Below are positions 25,340 to 37,433 of a stretch of DNA of 64,000 bases, piece after piece. Position 1 is the stretch's first letter, and each line of letters begins with the position of its first letter. Location: contig JBITNC010000002.1 in the NCBI GenBank assembly GCA_050084985.1, forward strand, positions 39,618,001-39,682,000. The letters are read 5' to 3'. The notes under the pieces were generated by a model. The model had not been told where the DNA came from. It worked only from the letters and a program-made list of their open reading frames with translations, and did not search any database. The stretch comes from Nageia nagi. Taxonomy: Eukaryota > Plantae > Pinophyta. A program made the translations under genes and the position numbers.

Positions 25340-28300
25340 ATGAATATTGCTAAGAAAGACAAGGAGCTCCAGATGGAAAGACTCATGAAGATCAACCCGA
25401 TCACCCTAGAAAAAGAAGGGAGGACCGCTTTCCCTACGACCTCATTAGTAGACGCCTTTCTCAGATCAGAGACACAGACTCGGCATCCACTGACCCCATC
25501 AAGTCATTAGAAAAGATGGCCAAGATCCCATATGAACGATTGCTCAACAACACACTTGCTTAGTCCAAAATCGTTGAAGCCTGTATGATCCCATATACCG
25601 TTCCATTCCCAGAATTGTACCTTGAAGTAGCCAGATACTACAACAAGAAGGAGAGGATCCTCAATGACAATGAAGGCACCAAGATACTAGACTTCACGAT
25701 GGAAGGAATAGAGAGTGCCTTTGCCTGGAGCAATGAGGGAATCATATTCAATATGGTGGACTCCGTGAAATTCTTCAACAGCATGACAAAGCCGGGGAAC
25801 TTAATAGGAGATTGGTTGGTTGACGAATGCAAAGACTACAAGGTAAAGTCCTTAAGCCAACCAAGTAGAATAGACTTCTATCCGATAGTCTCTACCATCA
25901 TCAGCATGTTGTGCAGAATAATGGGGCAAGAGAACGACCAACGATTCAGGAAGGAGTTCGTGGGCTTCATACATCAGATTAGTTGAGGCAAGGAATCAAA
26001 TGGAGCAAGGTGATCAGCAATTGCATGGCCTAACAGTTGTCCCAACTCGTAGAAACCAAAAAGTTTTACATGAGCTCTTACTTGGTATTTCTGCTCCTAC
26101 ATGGCAAGAATAGAAAATCCGCCATAGCAAATACCAAGTACCTATTTGACCTAGAAATGCCAATATAGCGGAGCTACCCTAGATTTCAACTAGAAAGACG
26201 GGACGAATTCAAAATGATGAAAGACGGATTCGAGTGCTGAATATACAAGGAAATAAAGGGAACCATCAATATGACTAGAATACCAGAGGCAGCAATCCAA
26301 GCTCTTCGAGGACATGCAGATTTCTATCTCAAAGAGACGAATGCCACATACATCAGGGTCTACGGGTCAACTGAGCCACCTTACAGACTGCCTCGTTACG
26401 CAAGTGATCAGTTCATATTGATGGAACTTTGTAGACACTTGTCATACCTGCACGAGAAAGTTTGGTGTAAGAAAGGTGCCACCACTTGTAAATTACCCAT
26501 CCAAATAAGGGAGTACGAATGCACGTCCTAGCGACAAGTCAAAACAAGGAAGATGAAGTTGCCATACTATGGCTTCACAGTAGAACAGGCAGTAGAGTAC
26601 TATGACCCCGAAGGTGTGATCAGCACATTTTTCAAGAAAACCTGGCAAACCGATTACCCCCACAAGTCCCTAGGAAAGCTCGAAAGGTACAAAAATTTAA
26701 ATGATACAGACCAAATCAGAGAAATAAACAAGGACATGGCAACAGAAGAGAAGCTCTTGCAGACAGTAACCAAGAAGAAGAAGAAGAGAGGTCTACAAGA
26801 GGAGAATGCAGTAGCTAGGATACATCGTTTGATAATCCTTAAAGGGAATCCCCCGATTCCGTACGTGCCTCCACCAATCTCACCTTTTGTGAAGCTGACA
26901 CAAGGACAATCTGGTCAATATGCTACACTCATTGTTCAACCAAGGCAAACTATTGATCAGACAATACAAGGATTATCACAAGAGATAAAAAGCACTAAAG
27001 AGACTGGAAGCACTTCACATCCATATGAACGCTTGAAGAAGCTAGTGGAAGTTCCTCCCAGAGGTCCATCCCAAGATGGACAATTATATTATTTTGGCCC
27101 TAGTTCTCTTGCTCCTCCTTCCAGTGACAGCAAGGATAAATATGAGATTGATGAAGGAGACCTCTTAAGAGAGCCTTTAGAAGATGGCCAAATATCAGAA
27201 ATACCTTATATCTCAGACAATGAATCAGATTCATCAATCGAGAAGATACTGACCATAGATCCTCCTACCATGGCAAAACTCGTACAAGCTACAAAACCTA
27301 CCTCTACACGAGCTTCCGCACCTCGACCACCGAAGAAGACACCACCTTAGAGAAAACCTCCACAAATTGCTCCAAGAAGGACCTCAGCATCCAAGGGAAT
27401 AGCATCCTCATCAGGAGGAGATGGAGGAAACGAGGAGGATGAAGGTGAAAACAAAGACCTGAGGAAAAAGAGGAGAGAGGATGAACATCAAGGGAATCCT
27501 GAGAGACAAGGGGCCACAGTTGCTAATCTTGAACCAGGTTACAATTTCGACATGAATGCGCTCTTGAACAATTTGAGAACATACCACCCATTTGAAGCTC
27601 GTGTCGACATTGAAACCGATCAAGATTCAGATACTGAACTTGAACATATAGCCACTTACGTCTCAACGAAGTATAACTCCATCGTCACCGATACTGTTGC
27701 TGTAGGAAGGAAAAGAAATGTCAGTGGAAAATTTGCATTAGTGGTGGAAACAAGGGAAGAGCCGTGTAAAAAGATCGGCACTTTGGGTAGGCAACATGCA
27801 ATCGTCACAAATGTTGTGGCACTGACAGAGGAGAATACCTCGCAAAAGATAGAGCTCAAGGAGCTTAAGAGAGAATTGGTTGGACAAAAGTAGTTGACCC
27901 TAGACATCCAAGCTGCTACCTAACAGTTGAAGATATCAGGAAACAGATTTCCTTGAATACTAGGATTCAAACGGTCAAAGAGGAGTGGATAAAAGAAACC
28001 AAAGAAGCCATTCATAAGTTATTCCTAGGAATAACTAATTTCTTTATCGAGGAGAGTGGATCGATTGTTGTGCAAGGCAGGATCCATGAATTGATTGCCA
28101 GGTGGGTCAATAGTTATCAAGTGATGCATGATCTGAGAAGGATGATTGCTAGCATGCCAATACTACTGGAATATTGTCATCAATTCTTTTACCAGTATGA
28201 TTGGCTGCTCTACGGTATTTCAAAGTGTCAAGATTTCATCCAAATTTGAACAAATTTCAAGGACATGAAGAAATAGCTAGCAAAGTACCAGTTTGATCTA

Positions 28301-28612
28301 AAATTGATCGAGGAGGATGGGCGCAACAGGACTACAGTACAATGATAAATGAAGTCCAACTGATGATTACAACCTACCTCGAGACCAAGGACATCAATGT
28401 CCTCAAGTCCGGAAAACAGATCAAATATGGCAGTGATATGGCAGTATGGTGAAGCGAGATGGAGACTTCAAAGTCCATCACTGCATATCTATTGGCGAAT
28501 GAAGGTTATAGAAATTTCCAACATAGGCATCAAAAACAAAGAAACCTTCATGGGCACCAACTTCGAGGAAGCCATCGCATCACATGTGCAAACTGCAAGT
28601 CAACCATCATAA
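25340..28612 (+). pseudogene. Decayed accessory-protein gene of element C
   Basis: ATG at 25340 follows a pyrimidine-rich ...ccatag acceptor-like site. Fragments 25585-25986, 26271-26531, 26553-27350, 27552-27893, 27953-28249 and 28397-28612; motifs shared with the Tat 3' ORF (TYIRVYG..PPYRLP vs TFVRLYG..APFLLP; YDPE). Confidence 0.82.
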
Positions 28613-30681
28613 TTTTTATCTTCGAAAATTTTGTAAATCAGTCAACCAGGAAAGTTGAGCACCAAAACTCAACTAACCCTGCTCTCATGATCAATCAGCC
28701 TGACAAGTAGAGCACCAAAAGTCAGCTGACTTAGTCGTAGGAGGCAAATATGTAATATTTTAATATATCTTTTTAAATAGAATTAGGGCAACACTTGGGA
28801 ACCCTAGAAATTCTATAAATAGACCCTATAGGGTCACTTTTATGAAGAATGAAAGTTTGGAACTTTTCCAAGAATGAAAATTTTGAGAACAAGTTCAAAT
28901 TTTTTGTAAAAGAAGAAAATTGTGGAAACTTTTCTGTAACTCTTTTACAAGCTAATACAAAGTGGTTGCTTATTTTCTCAAGAGATTTATCATGCGTGGA
29001 GTGGTGAATGGGATTCAGTTTGTGGCTTTCTTTCATGATTCAAATATTTTCGCTTCTTTCCTTGAAAACTTGAGAGTTTTAGGAAAAAATAGTTGTTCAA
29101 ACTTTACAAAATATTTTGAATTGCTCAAAGTTTGCCATCTTTTGCCTCTTACACATTTAAACAAAATGTATTCTGAAGTTGTTTCTATTCCATATCCTAT
29201 TTGAAGCTCTCGTTCAAACTTGGTTCCAAAGTGCGCGTTCTACACTAAGTTGCTTTGATTGCATCGTTCCTGTTCGCAAAGTACCGACAATCAGTTTCAC
29301 CTTATGCTCTAGATTCAAAGCTGATTGGATAATAGTCATTCACCAATCGATTAGAAAACATCTCATTTTAGACAATGCTTTGTTATGACAATTGCCTTGT
29401 GACTTTAACCAATATTGGATCATTCCCACTTTTCTTTGTTTTATTTGTTTATTTTATCTTTCCTGCATTATTTTTTTTACACAACCAAAACAACTTTCAA
29501 AAATCGCAAAAACACTGTCCCTATAAAAAAAGTGAGTTAACAGCTTCTACCTCTATCAAACTAATTGAGTTCATTCCCCTGAACCATATCAAATTGTGCT
29601 ATTTCAACGAGAACACAAACAAACCTTGGGGTTTTAGTCCTTTCAAGAGGAGGTAAGTTACGCTATCTCACCTTAATGCTGGATGCTTTCCCTTTCTTGA
29701 TCGTGTGCAAGCGATCATAGGCGGGTGGGAAAGGTTTCCATCCCAACACCTACCATCACCCATCTGTAGCAGATCTTTGCTGACAAACCTGAAAAGCTAG
29801 TCTATTGCCACAAATTCATGTATTAGCACGACTAGCTGAAGCATGCACTAGAAAAGTGTAATGTTGTTTTGAGAGTCAAAATCCCTTTGAGAAAGGAGGT
29901 AGAAAAGCATATGAGCAAATATGTATACTAGCTCAAATTTAGTGTGTGTAGGAAAGAAGTGGTGTTGGCAGAGGCTCAAAATCTGATCCAGGAGCATCTT
30001 GAGGTCGAGGATCTCAACTTACTAAAGGCAGGGCATCCCATACACCATGAGAGGTAGATGGTCATCTGGAGATTCCAAATGCAAACTACGTTCGGGCGAA
30101 TTGGAGAGTCGGAGACTACTTCAGGTATAATGGCAACATCGTTGGCATGCTTTCCAGGGGAGTATGGAAGGTCGTAGCATTCTTGAAAGAGACCATTGAG
30201 TCATACGATCTCACCAACAAGGATTGGAACTCTGTCGGTACCAGACAAATCTGGCCTAGATTTGATTCACTCGAAGATTCTATCTGCGATTATCCTTTCC
30301 ATTGTTTAATGCATATTGGTGGTTGTTATTGCTATGTTCAAACTTTATTTATTTGATTTGATTGGTGTAGGGATGAGGTCTTGCTCCCGCCAGATCAAAT
30401 CTGTCAGACTCATTTATGGCTCTAACCAATGCAGGGATGAGGTTTTGCCCCTGTCGGTTCAGATGTCAGACTTTTATTGCATATCTGATTTTCTTTTGCT
30501 TAGATTAGAGATAGATTAAATGCATTACGGTTGTGGCATTTATATTTTGTCAACCTTTTAAATGCCATTTGCATAGTTTATTACAAGAGATTAGATTTTG
30601 CATTGGTATGTGTGTTGTGCGTGTGCACACCATATTAGATTTGATGCCTTTAGGGCAACACTTCAAGTGGCCTATTTATAC

Positions 30682-31047
30682 CATAGTTAGAAAAATCGGA
30701 ATCGGATCAAAATCGTTTGGTTGCAGAATTTGGATTTTTTGAAAAATCGGACAAAATCGGCAAAAAAATCAGATAAAATCAACATGAGAAAAATGAAGGA
30801 ATTTCCTTGGTTTTAGCTAAATCTCAAAGAACGGATAAAATCGACCAAAAAACCGGATAAAATTGGTAAAAAATCAAATAAATTTGGCAAAAAATCGTAG
30901 GTCGATGCAATTTTTTTGTCAATAAAATCAGAATTGGAAAAAATCGAATAAACACTTATTTGAAAAAAATCGGATCCTATTCGAATCGAATCATTTGCTT
31001 GGCTGGTTCCGATTTTATCCGATTCCGATCCGATTTTTCCAACTATG
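30682..31047. mobile_element. hAT-type MITE (366 bp)
   Basis: TIR catagtt(a/g)gaaaaatcgg; 8-bp TSD ATTTATAC (30674-30681, 31048-31055); internal aatcgg repeats. Confidence 0.9.
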
Positions 31048-32275
31048 ATTTATACCCCACTCGGGCCATTTAGAAGGGGATATTGCATATATGAGAATTT
31101 TTGCAAAAATTGGAGGATTTTTGCATGATGTTGATTGCATAAGACTGTTGCATCTGCTAAAATTGAGGATTTTTGCTTATGGTTGCGTAAGGATTTGCTG
31201 CATAAGGGATTCTTTGCATATCATGGATGCATATTGTCACATCTCTGTTTCATGTTGAATATCATATTGAAATCATTGCAATCAAGAAAGGAATGCTTCT
31301 ATTCATGCTATGGAATATCATTGTGAGTTTATTTCTTTCTTGAATAGTTCTATAAAGTAAATGCTGTGAAGATTATCATTTGTGCAATCATGCATCTTAT
31401 CCTGTAAGATTCTCTTGCTGGTTTGAATAGTTTTTACTGCTTAAGTGCATTCTCTTTGAAAACTACGAGTTTTAGGAGAAGATAGTTCAATATCTTTCAA
31501 AGTGGTTTAAATTGTTCATTGTATGATTTGCAAGTAAGTGGATGTAGTCTGGGGCGTATAGCTTATCTCTATGTCATTCAATTAGATTTATGTATTCAAA
31601 TGTTGGTCATTTCTCTTCATCCCATTCCATTGTGTCTTCCATCACAGACCCTGCAGCTTCTTGCTCTCGTCCGGTAGTAACTTGAGCCTTTTGCTATTTG
31701 CTGCCTTACTTGATAAGTGAATACATTTTCTTCAAGAATCTAAAGATGACCTGTCGAGACATTGCATCACTAGTGATACCTTCATAAGTTCATTATTCAT
31801 ATTCCTATGCATTTATCCCTGCATTTGTGATCTTTCTTCGCTTTTGTTCACATTTGCAATCTTTCCTCTTTGTGGGAGCGAATCTCGATGGTGTATTTCC
31901 CTTGTATACGGTTAACAACATGCATCTCTATACACTGTGCCCTAGTCCATATTCCATGTGAGCACTTGGGGTAACCAATTCATTCAAGCAGAAACAAGTA
32001 ACGTTGTTTCCTCCAAGTCTTGTGCATGTTTTGGGTGAGGAAAGAAAAACATACCAACACATCCCTAAGCAAAGACATTTGTACAAGCATTGGATTTTGC
32101 TTTGCAAGTTACCTATAGACGTCAGAGCGTTGAGTAGGAGTTTCGACAAGACCTTTGGAGGTAGACAGTCCTTTTCAAACGGGGGAATTGGTATCGCTTT
32201 CCCAACTATGATGCTAGGAGTCCTAAACCTACGATGATTTCAAAGATTACCGTAGGAAAGAAATACTTCCCAATA

Positions 32276-35200
32276 GGTTAGAGCATTTGATGTGTTGATT
32301 CCAAATTGTATGTATTGGTGTGTAGCATTTTGATGTTAAAGACTAAATATTGAAGATTTCATTATTCTCCATTGCTCTCGCTTGTTCATTGTGTATTTTC
32401 TTCATTATGGGTGATGTTTGTTTATAAGTTTTGGCTACAAACTTCATTATGGTATCAAAGCTTGGTTTGGTTGAAGGGTTTGAATAAGCAAGTGATCTTT
32501 GTAGCAATTTATCATATTGGTATTTGAGATTGTTGTGTTGTTGCTTGAGCTATAATGGTCGACAACACAAATGCCCTTCCTATTCCAAAGTTTGATGGAG
32601 TAGACTAGGAATACTAGAGTATCAAAATGAAGACCTTGTTGATAGGAAAAGGTTTGTGGGATATTGTTGAGGTGGCTACACTAAACCAACTGATTGTAGC
32701 ACTCTTCAAGTTGTTGATAGAACAACAAGGAAGGAGACACATAAAAGGAATTGTTTAGCTCTCTTATCACCTTCAATCTGCACTTGAGAAGAGCATCTTT
32801 CCAAGGATTGTTGGCTGCACAACAGCTGCACAAGCATAGAAGGCTTTGAAAGATGGATATCAAGGAAGTGACCAAGTCAAACAAGTTAAATTGCAAACTC
32901 TCAAAAAAAAGTTTGAGAATTTAAAGGTGCAAGAAAGTGAAGGTGTTGGAGATTATTGTGTAAGAGTGAAGGTTGTTGTCAACAAAATGGCACTCTTGGA
33001 GAAGAGTTGAACAATGAAGTTGTCATCAAGGTGGTGTTAAGAACACATACCCCCAAATGGAACCATGTTGCTATCATTATTGAAGAAAGCAAAAAACTGT
33101 CCACTATTGAATTTGATCAATTGATAAGCTCTTTCATGTCTCATAAGGAGAGGCTGAAAGAAACTATTGTTGGTGGTGTTGAGGAGAAAGCATTTTCTTC
33201 CAAAGAGATTGAAGCAAGTTCTAGTGGACAAAGAAGTGAAAATGGCCAAGGGAGAGGTCGGAATTCTTCTAGAGCAAGAGGAAGAGGTAGAGGTGGTTCA
33301 GCTGCAAGAGGAAGAGGTAGTGGAAGAATTGATAAGAAGAATATGTAATGTTACCATTGCAATAAATATGGGCATTTTGAGAGAGTGTAGATTGAAAGGT
33401 GCAAATGAAGGTAGGAAAGCCAACTATGGTGAAGTAGAAGTTGTTGGTGATCAAAATTTGTTCTTATCGTACAACAAGGCTGATAAGACTCTTCAAAAGA
33501 CATCGATACTTGATACGGGATGTTTCAATCACATAACCGATAAGGGAGAGATGTTTTCTTCCTTGGATCATTCCTTCAAATCTAGTATTAAGCTTGGTGA
33601 TGATAAATCCTTCAAATTTGAAACACAATTTGCTGAGTGTAGGCGAGATTGTGGAGAAAAACTACAAGCTAGTTTTTGAAGATTGAAAATGTGTAATTTA
33701 TGATAAGAACCATGGGAATAGAGTTGTTACAATTGTTCCTATAAAAAGCAATAGGTTGTTTCCTTTGAGATTTGAAGGACAAAAGGGCAATCTTGCAAAT
33801 GTGATTGTTGAAAACAAACATTGGTTATGGCATCTCAGATTTGGGCACTTGAATTTTTCAAGTGTTAAGTTTTTTACATCTCATGAGATGGTGTATGGCT
33901 TGTCAAAGGTGGAGGATCAAAAGACTATTTGTGAAGGGTGTGCTTTGGGAAAGCACTGTAGACAGAATTTTCCTAAAGGGAAAGCATGGAGGACCTCATG
34001 TCCAAAGTTGTCAAACTCAGACTTGGCACGAAATCGCTAAGGCCCCCTTGGGGCTCCAACTCTGGACTCGGCAAACGAAAAAATGCAAAAAATATATATA
34101 TTTTCATTGAAAATTGATTTTGGTCCAAACTCATCAAATCTCGACAAACTCTTTTGCTAGAATCGACAAGTCTGACCCTCGATACTCACAAGTTTGATTG
34201 AGAATTGGGACTCGCCAAAACTCGCGAGTCCGACAAGTCCGAGCTTCCTAGAATCGCCCCCTCCAACTTGCACTCGGGACTCGCGAGTTTCGGCAAGTTT
34301 CACTACTCTGCTCATATCCTCTTCAATTGATCCATTTTGATATTTGTGGGCCTATACAAACTCAAAGTTTGGGTAAGAACTCTTCTTTTCTAACCTTTAT
34401 TAATGATTTTTCAAGGTTGTGTTGGGTGTTTTTTCTAAAACACAAGGATGAAGCATTTGGTTGTTTCAAGGTTTTAAAAATCATGTTGAAAATAAGAGTG
34501 GGAAAAGCATAAAGTGTTTGAAAGCTAACCATCGTGGAGAGTTTTGCTCCAATGGGTTTCTTGCATGTTGCAAAGAAACTAGCATCAAAAGGCAACTCAC
34601 TGCTGCCTATACTCCACAACAAAACAGAGTAGCTGAACAAAAAAATAGAATTGTTGTTGAAATGGCAAGAAGCATGTTGCAAACCAAGAAGCAATATTTA
34701 TTGGGCTGATGCAATCCGAACAGCAATGTATATCTTCAATAGGAGTCCCACTAGTAGGTTGGAAAACATGACTCCCTATGAGGCTTGGTATGAGAAGAAG
34801 CCCAATGTTAACCATTTCAAAGTTTTTGGTTGTTTGGCTTATGCTCATGTGGCTGATAAACTTAGGATGAAGCTTGACCCTAAGAATGAAGCATGTATTT
34901 TCATTGGCTACTGTAAGAACACCAAGGCCTATAGGCTATACAATCCAAAAACTCACAATGTTGTGGTGTCTAGAGATGTAATTTTCGATGAAGGGAGAGT
35001 ATATGGTCATAAAAAATAGTATGTAGATGATAGCAGCAATGTTGGAAGCTCTTCAAATATACTGTCCAATGTGCAGCCCAGCCTTCAAATTGTGCCATCA
35101 AGTCCACCAATCCGCTCTTCAAACAGTCCAAGTTAAAGCATTGCAAGTCCAACTTCAAGTGGCAATTCACCAAACAATATTTTTGCTAATGTGATGAAGG

Positions 35201-37433
35201 CCAAGAGATGTAAACAGACACTTCAAATTCATCCACCTATTCAAGTTTTGGGTAACAATTTCTATAGAAGACTCGCAAGAAGTTAAGCTCAAGAAATGGA
35301 CCAAGTTATTCAAAGACTGGAGAAGATGCACATGTATGAAGATGAAGATGAGCCAAAAGGTGATGTTGTGAATTCTATCTTGATAAATGTTTATGATTTT
35401 GAACGTTCTTGTTGTGAAGAAGCTTGTACTAACCATGTTTGGATGCAAGCTATGCAAGAGGAGATCAATTTCATTGTGAAAAATGACACTTGGGAGCTTA
35501 TATAACTGCCCAAGGGAAAGAAACGTGTGGGTTCCAAGTGGGTCTATAAAACTAAGTACAACAGTGATGGAAGCATTGAAAGATACAAGGCTAGGCTTGT
35601 GGCTAAAGGATTCCAACAAAAGTATGGGATTGATTATGAAAAGACTTTTGCACTAGTAGCAAGGCAAGAAACAGTGAAGATGGTTCTTTCCTTGGCTGCC
35701 CAAAAGTGTTGCATCACATGGATGTGAAAAGTGCATTCTTGAATGAGTACTTGGATGAGGAGGTTTGTGTACAACAGCCTTAAGGTTTTGAGGTCAAAAG
35801 GAGAGAAGATCATATCTACAAGCTAAAGTAGGCTTTGTATGGCCTTAAACAAGCACCAAGAGCTTAGTACACAAGAATTGATGGATACTTTCAACAAAGT
35901 GGCTTCAAAAGGAGCAAAAGTGAACCTACTCTATGCTTCAAAAAAGAAGGTGATGACATCTTACTTGTTTGCTTGTATGTTGATGATTTGATGTATATGG
36001 GTAGTAGTTCCAAGTTAAATGATCGTTTTAAGGTTGTCATGATGAGTGAGTTTGAAATGAAGGATTTAGGATTGATGCACTATTTTCATGGCATGGAGGT
36101 GCACCAAAGCAAAGACCAAATCTTCATTTGTCAAACCAAGTATGCAAAAGATATGCTGACAAAGTATGGAATAGACAGTTGCAAACCAATCCCTGCTCCC
36201 ATTGCTCATGGTGAGTTGTTGTGCAAAGATGAGTGGGTTGCAAAGGTGAACATAACTGAGTATAAAAGCATTGTTGGGAGCCTTATGTTTCTCACAAACA
36301 TCAGACTTGATATTGCACATGTTGTCTCTTTAGTTTCTAGATAGATGAGTGAGCCTTCTATCTTGCATTTGAGGGTTGCAAAAAGAATTCTAAGATATGT
36401 GAGTCATACCATTGAGTTTGGCATCTGTTATTCTCATATTGAGAAGATGGAATTGATTGGTTTTAATGACTCAGATAGATGTAGCAACTTAGATGATTAG
36501 AAGTCTACTTCTGGTAACTGTTTTTCACTTGGATCTGGGCCAATCACTTGGAGCTCAAGGAAGCAAGGATCAGTAGCACCCTCCTCAACAGAGGTTGAAT
36601 ACATTGCACTCACTTCAGTAGGTGCACAAGCCTTGTGGCTTTGAAAAGTTTTTGAGGAGATTCATGGGAGACAAGATGGTCCTACTTTACTTTTTTGTGA
36701 CAACATGAGTGCCATTCAGTTGGCACAAAATCCAGTCCACCATAATCAATCTAAACACTTTGATTTGTAGTATCATTTCATTCGTGACATGGTGGAGAAG
36801 AAACAAACTAAGCTAAGATATTGTAGCATTGATGATCAATCAACGAATGTGTTCACAAAAGGGGTGGCGAAAGCTCAGCTTTTGAAGCTAAGAAACTCAC
36901 TTGTGAGCCCTCTCAACATCAAGGGGGAGAATGTTGGAAATTGACCCGAGTTGATTTGCAAATTTTGACTCCAACAACAATTATGGCCGGATCTAATGAA
37001 ACGTGATCCCCCTAATGAAACATAGGAGCATTTCATTTTTCGCATACGCAATTTCAAAATTTCTAAGCCTTGGGTATATGAGCTAAAATGCTGGCGCATT
37101 TTTGGAGTGTTTTGATGAAACGCTGGCACATTTTATCAGTTGTCCTTTCTTGTCTTAGGCATTACAATTTTGCTTGTTTTGTAACTAGAGGTCTTAGACT
37201 CTTCATTTCATATTCTGGATCAATTCTTCTTCGTTTGGATTGTACATAGTGTGTAGTTTTCATTCTTGTTGGGTTGATTAGAGCATTTGATGTGTTGATT
37301 CCAACTTGGTTGTATTGGTGTATAGCATTTTGGTGTTGTAGACTGAATATTGAGAACTCCATTATTCTCCATTGCTCTCTCTTGTTCATTGTGGATGATG
37401 TTTGTTAATAAGTTTTGGCTATAAACCTCACCA
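32276..37433 (+). mobile_element. Degraded Ty1/copia LTR retrotransposon (copia 1); 5' LTR cut by element A
   Basis: 5' LTR remnant 32276-32449 matches the end of the 3' LTR 36932-37433; tRNA-Met PBS tggtatcaaagc at 32450; PPT aagggggagaa 36921-36931; gag, LWHLRFGHLNF, INT, RT (YVDDL) and RH fragments with many stops. Confidence 0.92.
34003..34310. mobile_element. hAT-type MITE (308 bp) inserted in copia 1 integrase
   Basis: Imperfect TIR caaagttgtcaaact / cagagtagtgaaact; TSD CTCATGTC/CTCATATC; removing it restores KAWRTS(C/Y)PLQLIHFDICGP. Confidence 0.82.

Larger units (their letters stand above)
22237..29748 (+). mobile_element. Element C: 7,512-bp solo-LTR-like element carrying a ~1,090-codon decayed gene
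   Basis: Starts tgttgtgcccgcacaaca, ends ggaaaggtttccatcccaaca; TSD CCTAT/CCTAC (22232-22236, 29749-29753); no internal direct terminal repeats; no gag/pol. Confidence 0.8.
21172..30200 (+). pseudogene. Decayed accessory gene of element B (C-terminal half only; 21172-22236 joined to 29754-~30200)
   Basis: Reading across C gives ...LEKLDGHLPTITHL*QIFADKPEKLVYCHKFMY...HLEVEDLNLLKAG, matching element C ...LLEYCHQFFYQ...LETKDINVLKSG. Confidence 0.7.
19126..32059 (+). mobile_element. Element B: solo-LTR-like element (~5.0 kb net) inserted in A; contains nested element C and a MITE
   Basis: Starts tgttgtgcctgcacaaca, ends ggaaagaaaaacataccaaca; TSD CATCA/CATCC (19121-19125, 32060-32064); its ORF continues across C. 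Confidence 0.75.
1..32275 (+). mobile_element. Element A: gene-carrying solo-LTR-like element (left end outside window); own sequence 1-5193 + 17951-19125 + 32065-32275, interrupted by the Tat element and element B
   Basis: ORF continues across the Tat insertion (TSD CAAAG). The 3' end (cagtccttttcaaacggggg...ggaaagaaatacttcccaata, 32275) matches the 3' ends of B, C and D and abuts the remnant copia 5' LTR. Confidence 0.7.
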
